In this document: piece by piece, positions 55,234 to 64,000 of the stretch | Layout: every line of letters starts with the position of its first letter | How positions within the stretch are numbered: position 1 is the first letter of the stretch | Source: Candidatus Yanofskybacteria bacterium RIFCSPHIGHO2_01_FULL_41_21 | Lineage (GTDB): Bacteria > Patescibacteriota > Minisyncoccia > 2-02-FULL-40-12 > GWA2-44-9 | NCBI GenBank assembly: GCA_001794025.1 | Contig: MGJA01000012.1 | Span: forward strand, 8,455-72,454 | DNA length: 64,000 nucleotides | Direction of reading: 5' to 3' | Notes under the pieces: model-generated | Databases searched by the model: none | Told to the model about the DNA's origin: nothing | The model's input: the letters and a program-made list of their open reading frames with translations, nothing else | Translations under genes and position numbers: made by a program

Positions 55234-56694
55234 CTAGTAGGACTGGGCAAAGAGCCACTTATGGAGAGCGGGTTTGCCACAGTGGACACAGGGCGTGTCG
55301 GAGAGAACTTCTTGGATGCGGTCCAATTCAAGACAACGGGTACCGGCTTTGGTTTCTTCCTTGATAGTCGCTTCGCAGGATGCATCTTCACACCAAGGAG
55401 CGCGAATAAACATTTTCTTATCGGTCATGACTGATTTAAATTCATCCCAAGTTGAAACTTCTGTAGTCAGGTCATTACGGGACTGCTCCGATTTTTTGTA
55501 TAAGTCCTTTTGAATAATTTCCAACAAAGCCGGCACTTCCAATGACAATAAGTCGGTGTTGGTCTGATGCTTCGCGAAAGTATCACGTCGGACTAGGGTG
55601 GTATTTTGGGCTTCTAATTCTTTACCACCGACTTCAATCCGCAAAGGCACACCTTTCAATTCCCAATCATTAATTCTAAAACCAAGTGTTTTTCTGAAAT
55701 CAATATCGGAGACCACACGGACACCGGCATCTTTAAGTATTTTATGAATATGGCCGACATAAGTAGCCACTTTTTCTTCCATTTCTTGATCTTTACCGGC
55801 TATACCAATAATTACAACTTGTTGGGGCGCGACAGCCGGAGGCAAGACCAATCCTGAATCATCACCGTGGACAAATATCAGTCCACCAATGGCCCGAGTT
55901 GAAAGACCCCATGATGTTTGATGGGCCAATTTTTTATTCCCTTCTTCGTCTAAATATTCAACATTAAAGACCTTAGTGAAATGGTCGGCGAGATAATGAG
56001 AAGTAGCCGACTGTAATGCTTTGCCGTCCGGGACAACAATTTCCACTGAATAAGTATCTTCTGCGCCGGCGAACTTTTCTGATTGACTTTTTAGACCAAC
56101 ATACGGGGCAATGGCGAAATATCCACGATAAAATTTGGAATACCATTCAAGCGCGGTCATAACCATAACCATGGCATCTTTTTTGTCAGCATGAACGGTG
56201 TGACCTTCTTGCCACAAAAATTCCGAGGTTCTTAAAAACGGATAGGTACGTTTTTCCCAACGGACAATATTGCACCATTGGTTAAGCTTCATAGGTAAAT
56301 CACGATGACTCTGAACCCAATCGGAGAATTTTTGCGTAATAACAATTTCTGAAGTTGGGCGAACGGCCAGTGGTTCGGCCAGTTCTTCTCCGCCGGCGTG
56401 AGTAACAACCGCCAGTTCCGGGGAAAATCCTTCCACGTGTTCTTTTTCTTTTTGAAACGCACTCATGGGAATAAAGACCGGGAAATAACAATTCTGGACA
56501 CCATCTTCTTTAAACCAACCATCTAACACGCTTTGAGTTTTCTCCCATAACGCATAACCGTGGGGTTTGATAATCATGCAACCCTTAACGTCAGCGTACT
56601 CCGCCAAACCAGCCCGCAATACGACATCATGATACCAATCCGAAATATTTTCGGATTTTTTGGTCAGACCTTTTTTTCCAAAAACTTTAGACAT
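55234..56694 (-). CDS. proS: prolyl-tRNA synthetase (archaeal/eukaryotic-type, C-terminal zinc-binding domain)
   Basis: Class II core, anticodon-binding domain, C-terminal CVHCGKP. No bacterial-type INS editing domain. Confidence 0.9.
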   Translation of the reverse strand: MSKVFGKKGLTKKSENISDWYHDVVLRAGLAEYADVKGCMIIKPHGYALWEKTQSVLDGWFKEDGVQNCYFPVFIPMSAFQKEKEHVEGFSPELAVVTHAGGEELAEPLAVRPTSEIVITQKFSDWVQSHRDLPMKLNQWCNIVRWEKRTYPFLRTSEFLWQEGHTVHADKKDAMVMVMTALEWYSKFYRGYFAIAPYVGLKSQSEKFAGAEDTYSVEIVVPDGKALQSATSHYLADHFTKVFNVEYLDEEGNKKLAHQTSWGLSTRAIGGLIFVHGDDSGLVLPPAVAPQQVVIIGIAGKDQEMEEKVATYVGHIHKILKDAGVRVVSDIDFRKTLGFRINDWELKGVPLRIEVGGKELEAQNTTLVRRDTFAKHQTNTDLLSLEVPALLEIIQKDLYKKSEQSRNDLTTEVSTWDEFKSVMTDKKMFIRAPWCEDASCEATIKEETKAGTRCLELDRIQEVLSDTPCVHCGKPALHKWLFAQSY

Positions 56695-56857
56695 ATATCT
56701 TATAATACTATAACGTAGCTGGCTTGACTAAGTTCGAGGCAAAATCGAGCACCAGGCCGAGCCATATAGACATATGGTGAGGACTGGGCGGAGATTTTAA
56801 CGAAGGAATTGGTCAAGAGCGTCCTCGCCAAAGATTGTGGCGAGAGCGGCCAGCAAG

Positions 56858-57940
56858 TTATTTGATAAAAAATCTAGCAATATCTTTATAGGTAATATAG
56901 AGCATAAGGACAATAAGAAGATAAAAACCGGCGATGTTAATCAAATTTTCAGCGCTCTTGTGAACCGGCGAACCCTTGGCTTTTTCAATCAAGAGAAGCA
57001 CGACTCGGCCACCATCAAGCGCGGGAAAGGGAATAATGTTTAGGACGGCTAAGTTAATTGAAATCATCGCCACGAACTGTAAAAGATAATTAAATCCCAC
57101 CCGAGCAGCTTGCCCCGTTAGGCCGGCGATACCAATCGGTCCTGAAACATCTGCAATCAATCTACCATGAATAAACAAGGTTTTCAAAAGCGAATAATAG
57201 CCCTGGACTGTGGCGATAGTCAAAAAAGCAGCATCAGAAATACCCCGCCAAATTGCCTCATGCCATGGATAAACAATTGTCCCCGTTAAAGCCAGCGAGA
57301 TTCCAATCGCTCCTTGACCCTCGGGTGGATTAACACGAGGAGTCAATGTCTTTTCCACGACGCCGGTTCCGCTTTCAATCTCCAATGTTAAAGGACGACC
57401 CAAATGAGAGGCGACGGCATCTTGAACATCTTGAGTTGTATGAATCGGCACAACGACGCCGTTTTCTTTATAACCCTCAATCGCATCAAGAGGTCGCAAA
57501 CCGGCAATTTCAGCGGGACTGCCGGCCGTAACGCTGACGATTTGAACTTTTATATTTTGGGCCGAACCGGTATCGCCGTCTATAAGACCAATCCGCAATC
57601 CGAAGAAATTTACAATCATCAGCAAGACCGCCGCCAAAAAGAAATTCATAACGACACCGGCTACCAACACCAGTAACCGATTTAAAAAAGACGCCGAAGC
57701 AAAACTGTGTGGAGCGCGTGTGTCACCGTCTTCTCCTAAAATTTTCACAAACCCGCCGAAAGGAATCCAATTAAAAGAATAAACGGTCTCACCTTTTTTC
57801 CAACTAAACAAACGGGGTGGAAATCCAAATCCAAATTCCTCCACTTTCATCCCCGCTCTTTTGGCCATTATAAAATGACCAAACTCGTGCACCAGCACGA
57901 GCACCCCAATCACAATAATAAAAATAATCGCGGTTAACAC
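56858..57940 (-). CDS. rseP: RIP metalloprotease RseP (site-2 protease)
   Basis: HEFGHF zinc motif in TM1, PDZ domain, C-terminal LDGG motif. Confidence 0.85.
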   Translation of the reverse strand: MLTAIIFIIVIGVLVLVHEFGHFIMAKRAGMKVEEFGFGFPPRLFSWKKGETVYSFNWIPFGGFVKILGEDGDTRAPHSFASASFLNRLLVLVAGVVMNFFLAAVLLMIVNFFGLRIGLIDGDTGSAQNIKVQIVSVTAGSPAEIAGLRPLDAIEGYKENGVVVPIHTTQDVQDAVASHLGRPLTLEIESGTGVVEKTLTPRVNPPEGQGAIGISLALTGTIVYPWHEAIWRGISDAAFLTIATVQGYYSLLKTLFIHGRLIADVSGPIGIAGLTGQAARVGFNYLLQFVAMISINLAVLNIIPFPALDGGRVVLLLIEKAKGSPVHKSAENLINIAGFYLLIVLMLYITYKDIARFFIK

Positions 57941-58518
57941 TAGCTTGTCATTAATTCTTGCTCTTTTTTCTTAACCATCTCGTCAATCTTTTTTTGGAGG
58001 TCGTCTACGATTTTTTGAAGTTCGTCTTTGGCTTTGAAGGCCTCATCTTCGCGGGCAGTTTTTTCTTTGACGGCGGTTTGAACTTTTTTAAGAATATCTT
58101 CACGGGTTTGGCGGATGCGGATGCGGACTTCTTCTATTTTTTGATGGAGAATTTTGGTGAATTCTTTGCGTCGTTCTTCATTTAAGGGTGGAATAGTGAG
58201 ACGAATAGTATGACCGTCATTAGCCGGATTCAAACCCAACGAGCTTTCACGAATCGCTTTTTCAATTAATGGCACGACAGTCGCATCCCAGGGTTGAATC
58301 ACAATCACCCGCGGTTCCGGCGCACTAATACTGGCCAGTTCTTTGACTCGTGAACGCGCGCCCAAATATTCAACTTGAATATCTTCTACCAATGATGGGT
58401 TAGCTCGGCCTGTCCGAATTGAGGCCGCTTCCATTTTGGCCATTTCTAAAGCCGAATCAAAATCCTTTTTCCTAGATGCGATTAATTCCTTATACACCAG
58501 GTAGTAGAAATCCGACAT
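57940..58518 (-). CDS. frr: ribosome recycling factor
   Basis: IRTGRANPSLVEDIQVEYLG and C-terminal helical arm. First 8 codons (MSDFYYLV) are encoded by the TIR of Family C element C-e. Confidence 0.85.
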   Translation of the reverse strand: MSDFYYLVYKELIASRKKDFDSALEMAKMEAASIRTGRANPSLVEDIQVEYLGARSRVKELASISAPEPRVIVIQPWDATVVPLIEKAIRESSLGLNPANDGHTIRLTIPPLNEERRKEFTKILHQKIEEVRIRIRQTREDILKKVQTAVKEKTAREDEAFKAKDELQKIVDDLQKKIDEMVKKKEQELMTS

Positions 58519-58632
58519 GCACCTTAGGTTTTAGACCTAACCATGCAACATCAAATTACTTGTTTATATTTAAATTCCCAGATAGTTGATATAATCGGTG
58601 CTACTAAAACCCAGTCGGATTTTCACTACCTG
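58497..58632. mobile_element. Family C MITE-like element, long copy (C-e), overlapping the frr start
   Basis: TIRs CCAGGTAGTAGAAATCCGAC ... GTCGGATTTTCACTACCTGG. Interior contains TTGATATAAT (a -10-like sequence). Confidence 0.55.
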
Positions 58633-58647
58633 GTACATAATCTTATC

Positions 58648-59502
58648 TTAGAGGTTTATTAAAGTATTTTCAAGGAGGGCGCGATGGTTGTATTGAGGTT
58701 GGTTTATGTACTGATGGAGCATTAAGAGCTGACTAAGAACGTGGTGGGCGTTGGTAAGGGTGGCGCGGTTGGTGTAGGCCCAAGCAAGCCAATAATTAAC
58801 CTGTTCTTGGTAGGGCTGTTTTTCAAAAAGTGTTTTAGCAAAAAGCATTCGTTCGGCGAGCGGACTTTTTAAAATCGTACTGAAATCGACGACGGCCTGT
58901 TTGATATCTTTTATATTTCCACTCTCACTGGCGGTAATAGCCCAGCCAATCCGACCCCGAGCCAAAGCGGTGACTAATTCTTGATCGGTTTTGGATAATT
59001 TAGTGATTACAAGTGATTGAGCAACAATTTTATCGTTGTGAGGCAAAAAAGAAATATGTTGACCACGAGAACTGATGGTCTGGAGTAATTCTTGGGGTTG
59101 GCTAGTAACTAATACGAAAACGACCTTGCCCGTCGGTTCTTCTAAAAGTTTTAAAAACGCATTTGACGCTTCAGGGGTCAGACGATGGGCGTCATCAATA
59201 ATCACAAATTGATAGGGGCCATAATAGGGCCGAAACGAAAGAAATGTTTTTAAATCACGGATGTCTTCTATGTATATTTTTGTATCCCCCTCGGTCACGC
59301 GCGGAGCGATATTAAATAAATCCGGGTCGGTAGAATCAAATTTTTCTCGCCCATTTACCTGTACAAATAAGTCCTGGGCAAACATTTTCTTCCCGATATG
59401 TTTGGGCCCCTGAAAAATATAAGCGTGCGACAAAGCACCTTGTTTAATCAGGTCTTCAAACGTCTTTTTCTGATTATCAAATCCGATTGTTCGCCAAGTC
59501 AT
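58648..59502 (-). CDS. holB: DNA polymerase III delta-prime subunit
   Basis: AAA+ fold with degenerate Walker A (GPKHIGKKMFA), hhhhDDAH box (FVIIDDAHRL) and SRC-like TISSRGQ. Confidence 0.75.
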   Translation of the reverse strand: MTWRTIGFDNQKKTFEDLIKQGALSHAYIFQGPKHIGKKMFAQDLFVQVNGREKFDSTDPDLFNIAPRVTEGDTKIYIEDIRDLKTFLSFRPYYGPYQFVIIDDAHRLTPEASNAFLKLLEEPTGKVVFVLVTSQPQELLQTISSRGQHISFLPHNDKIVAQSLVITKLSKTDQELVTALARGRIGWAITASESGNIKDIKQAVVDFSTILKSPLAERMLFAKTLFEKQPYQEQVNYWLAWAYTNRATLTNAHHVLSQLLMLHQYINQPQYNHRALLENTLINL

Positions 59503-59797
59503 ATGATAATTTAACCATATCTAGAATCACTTCGCCACTGGGTTTATTATCGCGGCTTCCTCTTGGACTATTTCTACTCGCTTCTCCTAATTTCTCTGAC
59601 CGCCCGAAGCAACTCCTGTCGGGCCATGCGGCTTCGCTTCGCTCACCCGTTCCCGACATCCTCGGAACGGTTCCCAGAGAAATAGCGTTGAAACTCGTGA
59701 AATAGAACCAATCGTGCAGATGCTCAATAAACCCAGTGGCTCAGTGCTTTTTCTAGAAAAACCCAAAGCGAGAAGTCACGTAGCAATTTAATTCTAA

Positions 59798-59958
59798 GTC
59801 ACTTGGGGTATACTCTTAGACCCAGTAGCGGAAGGGGTCCCAGCGAAGCTGGGGGAACCGACGGGACTGGTTCCCCGGGTCTGGGGATAAGAGTGTACTC
59901 CAAGTGACGTTGATACAGACGGATAATCAAGTCGGGGGTTGGGGTGGAGGGAGCGGAG
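59798..59958. repeat. Family A element copy A4 (TIRs + core + tail; tail overlaps the last codons of murG)
   Basis: Near-identical to A2, with a shortened central hairpin (GGAACCGACGGGACTGGTTCC). Confidence 0.6.
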
Positions 59959-61098
59959 CTATTGCAGCAAAATTTGGGCTATATTTTGGGCGGCGTTGGG
60001 TTTGGCGAAGGTTTTTATTTTGGCGCTTACTTCCGCATAACGAGTGGGCTCAAGGAGTTCTTGAATTTGGTTGACGATAATGTGGGGGGTGATATTGGCT
60101 TCTTCAATGACCACGGCACCATATTTATGAAATTCATTAGCGTTATCAATTTGGTCGCCCCGGCTAGCAGAAGTGGAAAGTGGAATAATAATCGCCGGTT
60201 TCCCAAGAGAAGCAATCTCAAATAAATTAGAAGCGCCACCCCGAGAAATAATAATATCTGTCACCGAATAAGCCATGCCCATATCTTGAGGATTTAAAAA
60301 CGGATAGAGACGATAGTTGGCGCTAATCATGGGACCATAGGAATTCTCTCCTTCTTTTGTATATTGGTCAACGACGGTCTTCACATTTTCGTATTGGGAA
60401 TCACCGCACTGATGAATAATTTGAAAATTCTGAACCAACGGAACTAGGGCCTCAAGGATGGCCTCATTGATTCGCTTGGCACCCTGACTGCCTCCGGTAA
60501 CTAGAATTGTTTTCTTATCCGCCAGAAAATTAAACTGCTGAAGAGCAACTGCTTTATCCCCCGTCAATAATTCCGGCCGGACAGGATTACCGACAAGAAT
60601 TGCTTTACCCGGTTTACCCCGCCCATCCGGGCGGGGCGAGAAATATTTGGCCGTGGATTCAAATGATGTAAATACTGTTTTTGCGACCTTACTGATAACC
60701 TTATTAGCCAGACCGGGAACAGAATCCGATTCGTGGGTATAAACGGGAATAAAATATAACCTAGCAACAAAAGAAGGCATTATTGATGTGTAACCACCCT
60801 TGGTAAAGATAGCGTCTGGCATATATACAAATAGAATCCAAAGAGATTGAAAAAATCCGATAATTGCCTGAAATGGCGCCAGAAAAGTCCAGAAACTAAA
60901 ATAACGACGAAGTTTGCCGGCTTTGACTGTTTTATATGGTAAACCAGCTGCTGTTACAGCATCAGCGAGAAATGGGCCATTACCAAGCACGAGGAGTTCA
61001 ACTCCTGCATCAGCCGTACGCAAGGCCTCCGCCACCGCTATGAGCGGAAAAACGTGGCCACCGGAACCACCACCGACAAGTAAGATTCGTTTAGACAT
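59959..61098 (-). CDS. murG: UDP-N-acetylglucosamine--N-acetylmuramyl-(pentapeptide) pyrophosphoryl-undecaprenol N-acetylglucosamine transferase
   Basis: RILLVGGGSGGHVFP N-terminal G-loop, GT28 fold. The ORF-track start 61209 overlaps ogt; likely start MSKRILL at 61098. Confidence 0.85.
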   Translation of the reverse strand: MSKRILLVGGGSGGHVFPLIAVAEALRTADAGVELLVLGNGPFLADAVTAAGLPYKTVKAGKLRRYFSFWTFLAPFQAIIGFFQSLWILFVYMPDAIFTKGGYTSIMPSFVARLYFIPVYTHESDSVPGLANKVISKVAKTVFTSFESTAKYFSPRPDGRGKPGKAILVGNPVRPELLTGDKAVALQQFNFLADKKTILVTGGSQGAKRINEAILEALVPLVQNFQIIHQCGDSQYENVKTVVDQYTKEGENSYGPMISANYRLYPFLNPQDMGMAYSVTDIIISRGGASNLFEIASLGKPAIIIPLSTSASRGDQIDNANEFHKYGAVVIEEANITPHIIVNQIQELLEPTRYAEVSAKIKTFAKPNAAQNIAQILLQ

Positions 61099-61102
61099 TA
61101 AA

Positions 61103-61381
61103 TTACTTAAATACTTTTTCTCCTTTAAGTAATTGTAACTTTTTATTGGGCCCGGACGCAAATCCTCCAATAGTGCCATCAGACCTGATAACACGATGAC
61201 ATGGGACATTCCCTCCCAAATTAAAAGAAAAAGGATTTTTATTTAAAACATTCCCGACAGCCCGATACGCTTTGGGTCTGCCAACCCCAACGGCGACCTG
61301 TTTGTATGTTAAAACTTTCCCTTTAGGAATTTTACGAACAAATTCATATACTTCTTTTTGAAATTGAGTAATAGATGGCAA
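61103..61381 (-). CDS. ogt: methylated-DNA--protein-cysteine methyltransferase (C-terminal DNA-binding domain only)
   Basis: PCHRVIRSDG active-site motif, 92 aa. Confidence 0.8.
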   Translation of the reverse strand: MPSITQFQKEVYEFVRKIPKGKVLTYKQVAVGVGRPKAYRAVGNVLNKNPFSFNLGGNVPCHRVIRSDGTIGGFASGPNKKLQLLKGEKVFK

Positions 61382-61384
61382 AAT

Positions 61385-62005
61385 CTAGGTAACCTTATCT
61401 GGTTCGGCTTTAACTTGACCTTGAGGAACTTTTTTCTTTAAGTCCTTAAAAATAAGAATTTGCATCAATCCACCGAAGATGGCAAAAATCCCGCCAATAA
61501 TAAATACGAAATTAAAACCGAATCTTTGGGCAATAATACCGCCCAAAGCGGCTGCGCCCGCCGCCGCTAAACCAATAGACACCGAATCAAGCGTCCATTC
61601 AAAACTTTCGTGCATTTTATCTAAGTGTCTGGAAAAAATCGCGTACCAAGGGGGCACGACAAACGCGATACCGACCCCATATATTGCCTGTATAATATAG
61701 ATGTGAATTATTGAATTAGCAAAAAGATAAGCAAAAGGGACCATAGCAATAAGGGTACTACCGATAATAAGAGAATAAAAATCATCATACTCGCCATGGT
61801 TTTTATCTAAAATTTTAGCCAAAGGTAACTCAACAATTATTTTACACAATTGAACAATGGCCGCACCAAAACCTATTGCTTCAATGGTTCCGCCGGAAAT
61901 TTGGCGGGTAATAAAAATCGCCACCACGGGCGCAAAGACACTAAATCCGGCATTCACAAAAAAATCAGCTAGAACTAAAGTTCTAATAACGCGATTAATA
62001 CGCAT
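61385..62005 (-). CDS. MFS-type transporter (6-TM half-size)
   Basis: 206 aa with 6 TM helices and MFS-like loops. Confidence 0.5.
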   Translation of the reverse strand: MRINRVIRTLVLADFFVNAGFSVFAPVVAIFITRQISGGTIEAIGFGAAIVQLCKIIVELPLAKILDKNHGEYDDFYSLIIGSTLIAMVPFAYLFANSIIHIYIIQAIYGVGIAFVVPPWYAIFSRHLDKMHESFEWTLDSVSIGLAAAGAAALGGIIAQRFGFNFVFIIGGIFAIFGGLMQILIFKDLKKKVPQGQVKAEPDKVT

Positions 62006-62104
62006 GCAAGTTTACGGTTTACAGTTTCTTGTTTACAGTATAGCAAAATTAAAACAGCCAGCAAATCGCTGATCTGTAAACTGTGAACTAGAAACTAGAA
62101 ACTT

Positions 62105-63295
62105 TTACAACTGTGGCATCCCCCAACCGGAATCGGAATCATCGCCGGAAGGAAGGATATCCAAAGAAAATTTATGTAAAAGTTCGCGCGTGGCTTGGGC
62201 TGGCTTTTTAGCATATGTCTCCCATTCTTTAGCGGCTAAGCCGGTAATGTGAGCAGCAGCCATAGAAGCACCGGATGAAGTCGTATAGTAACCATTGTTT
62301 GCGGTTGATTCAATATTTACTCCCGGTCCGACAAGTTCCAAATCGCCGAAATTTCTTTCATATGAAGTGGAGGCCTCATTATTCCCTCGAGCGCTCCAAT
62401 CAGGAACAACAAGAATTTCATCAACCACTCCGACACTTACAACATCTACGTTGGAGGCCGGATAATCAATACTGTTCTTGTAAGGGCCATCGTTGCCGGC
62501 GGCACCGATAATCATTACTCCTTTTTCTGTGGCATAAGAAATTGCATCATTAATAAGTGAGCTTTCGGAATCAGAACCCAAACTCAAGAGGATGATATTA
62601 GCTCCAGTGTCAACGCTTTGTCTGATTGCTTCGGCAACGTCATCCGTGAAACAAGTACCGTCATTATTACAGACCTTATAAATCATTAATCCGGATTGAG
62701 GGGCGACGCCATAAATACCTTTACCCATCGGTCCGCCATTGCCGGCGACAACACCCGCCACCAAAGTTCCGTGACCGTTTTTATCTTCGCAACTTTCTTC
62801 AACAAAGGAATCAAAGCCCGACAAATCGTTGCAAGCGATAATTTGATCTTTTAAATCAGGATGATTGACTAAAACACCCGTATCTAAGATTGCAACCTTA
62901 ATTCCATCGCCACCGGATGGTACTGCATCATTAAGAGTATCACCGTAAATGGCCTTAACACCCCAGCCAATCTGACTCGTTGGGGTCTTGATAACAGGTT
63001 TCGTAGTTGTCTTTTTAACTGCTACTGTCGTGGCTAGAATATTTAACCTTTTGACTGGAGTCACTTCAACGCCAAAGACCTTGGCGACTTTTAATTGCCA
63101 ATCTGTGAGATTAGCCGTAAATCCGGAATCAAAAACATTCCGTACTTGAAACGATTTTTTCCAGAATTGAGAGGTGGATTTTACGAAATAACGACTATCG
63201 GTCCCTTGGTTAGATTGACTAGCTGCCTGGACACCCGACGTCGCCACAAAAAACAAGGTAAAGACCAAGCAAACTAGGGCTTTCTTTATATTCAT
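62105..63295 (-). CDS. secreted subtilisin-like serine protease (S8 family)
   Basis: Catalytic triad contexts ILDTGV (Asp), HGTLVAGVVAG (His), GTSMAAAHITG-like GASMAAAHITG (Ser). Signal peptide MNIKKALVCLVFTLFFVATSGVQA; start is the internal Met at 63295 rather than 63454. Confidence 0.85.
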   Translation of the reverse strand: MNIKKALVCLVFTLFFVATSGVQAASQSNQGTDSRYFVKSTSQFWKKSFQVRNVFDSGFTANLTDWQLKVAKVFGVEVTPVKRLNILATTVAVKKTTTKPVIKTPTSQIGWGVKAIYGDTLNDAVPSGGDGIKVAILDTGVLVNHPDLKDQIIACNDLSGFDSFVEESCEDKNGHGTLVAGVVAGNGGPMGKGIYGVAPQSGLMIYKVCNNDGTCFTDDVAEAIRQSVDTGANIILLSLGSDSESSLINDAISYATEKGVMIIGAAGNDGPYKNSIDYPASNVDVVSVGVVDEILVVPDWSARGNNEASTSYERNFGDLELVGPGVNIESTANNGYYTTSSGASMAAAHITGLAAKEWETYAKKPAQATRELLHKFSLDILPSGDDSDSGWGMPQL

Positions 63296-63355
63296 GGTTA
63301 TGCTGGCTAGTATAGCATAATGGGGGCAAGCCAGCAATCCACAGGGGTCGCTCGA

Positions 63356-63546
63356 CCATTGTATTCTTCTCGCTGTTCTCTCCGCCTGTCTCGTAACCTC
63401 AATTTCCTCATTGCTTCCGAACAAATAGGCCACCTTGCCTTCAGCCACCCTCAAAGGGTGGCTTTCGGTTCCTATTTGTTACCGAAAGAATTTCGGAAAT
63501 TTTCGGACGAGAAGACGGCGTCGTTCAGCGCTCAAGAATACAATGG
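63356..63546. repeat. about 190-nt nested palindromic intergenic element (outer IR CCATTGTATTCTTCTCGCTG / CAGCGCTCAAGAATACAATGG with inner hairpins)
   Basis: Outer 20-bp imperfect IR, inner GAACAAATAGG...CCTATTTGTT and GCCACCC-TCAAA-GGGTGGC hairpins. Between the S8 protease start and the DedA stop. Confidence 0.4.
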
Positions 63547-63573
63547 CCTCACTCTTTTTAAAAAAGATGGTGT

Positions 63574-64000
63574 TTACGACAAAAACTTATCAATGCCGTC
63601 TCGGAATTTGTCGCCGAGGTCGTGGAGGTGTTCGGTGGTGGTGAGGGACTGGATGAATTTTGATTTAAATATCACTTTGAATACATAGACGAGGATAATG
63701 GCGCTGGCCAAGAAAAGCGCAATGTAACCGATATTATTAACGAGAGTAACCGCGCGATAGCCCTTCCCGAAAACATATCCCACAGTAAACGTGATCGTAA
63801 CCCAACCAAGACCGCCGATAAAATTGTAGTACGAAAATTTTCTAAAATTGTATTTAAATGAGCCGGCCATAATCATGGTTGCAATCGTGAGGGACCAAGT
63901 TAATTTTGTAAAAACAATAGCCCGCCCGCTATAGCGATGGAAATAACGTTCAACGGTCTCAATAATTTTTCGGCTCTTGGGATCTTTTCGTCCCCACTTA
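63574..64000 (-). CDS. DedA-family membrane protein (partial; N-terminus beyond window end)
   Basis: The reading frame stays open upstream of the listed Met to the window edge. C-terminal region FKYNFRKFSYYNFIGGLGWVTITFTVGY fits the DedA conserved segment. Confidence 0.55.
   Translation of the reverse strand, partial: KWGRKDPKSRKIIETVERYFHRYSGRAIVFTKLTWSLTIATMIMAGSFKYNFRKFSYYNFIGGLGWVTITFTVGYVFGKGYRAVTLVNNIGYIALFLASAIILVYVFKVIFKSKFIQSLTTTEHLHDLGDKFRDGIDKFLS

Noticed and set aside
5757-59958. Family A elements as integron attC sites or a CRISPR array
   Set aside because: No integron integrase or cas genes in the window. Copies are dispersed over 54 kb, not arrayed, with no regular repeat-spacer periodicity. 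Structure is multi-hairpin rather than the attC R-L box architecture.
63320-63688. Plus-strand 122-aa and 69-aa ORFs between the S8 protease and DedA
   Set aside because: They span the nested palindromic intergenic element and run antisense into the DedA gene. Arg-rich, no SD, more parsimoniously non-coding.

Overview
The window is an AT-rich (about 38-40% GC), compact bacterial chromosome segment. Most genes are on the minus strand. Gene content and the archaeal-type ProS and PGI/PMI suggest a small-genome, possibly Patescibacteria/CPR-like organism; this is inference only.

Housekeeping genes I can support:
- A copper-efflux operon csoR-copA-DUF305, with a partial CcdA-like gene at the window start and a CsoR-type palindromic operator.
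- hup, rny, gpmI, mnmA, dnaX, serS, lysS, proS, greA.
- mrdA(PBP2)-mreD-mreC-mreB, rseP, frr, holB, murG, ogt.
- purF, and a fused pyrE-pyrF gene lying in a locally GC-richer stretch.
- One tRNA-Gln(TTG).

Accessory content:
- Two adjacent large secreted glycoside-hydrolase-like proteins that share a nearly identical C-terminal two-helix module I read as TrbC/VirB2-pilin-like.
- A VirB4/TrbE-like ATPase gene cluster, a tandem GT39-like glycosyltransferase pair, M23 and S8 peptidases, a cupredoxin, and a four-helix-bundle cassette.

The most striking feature is the density of small non-coding repeat families:
- Family A: a GC-rich multi-hairpin palindromic element in 4 copies, with compensatory substitutions between copies.
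- Family B: a roughly 160-nt structured element in 2 copies, each immediately 3' of a minus-strand gene.
- Family C: MITE-like elements with about 20-bp terminal inverted repeats in 5 full copies plus 1 half, almost all abutting gene starts in the mre/frr cluster.
- Family D: a 112-nt cassette in 3 copies with exact 15-bp terminal inverted repeats that carries a promoter-like region, a conserved leader hairpin and the ATG start codon for three unrelated genes.
- Also a 20-bp-TIR element bridging the serS stop and the ftsQ start, a roughly 500-nt GC-rich non-coding island ending in a terminator (candidate ncRNA), heptamer NNNNTAG arrays, and in-frame palindromic insertions inside mnmA and a GT39 gene.

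Several ORF-track N-termini (19584..20561, 21740..22228, 13396..14865, 44032..44904, 59959..61209, 62105..63454) are over-extended through these elements; corrected starts are given. All calls rest on reading translated motifs and sequence by eye; no database search was possible.
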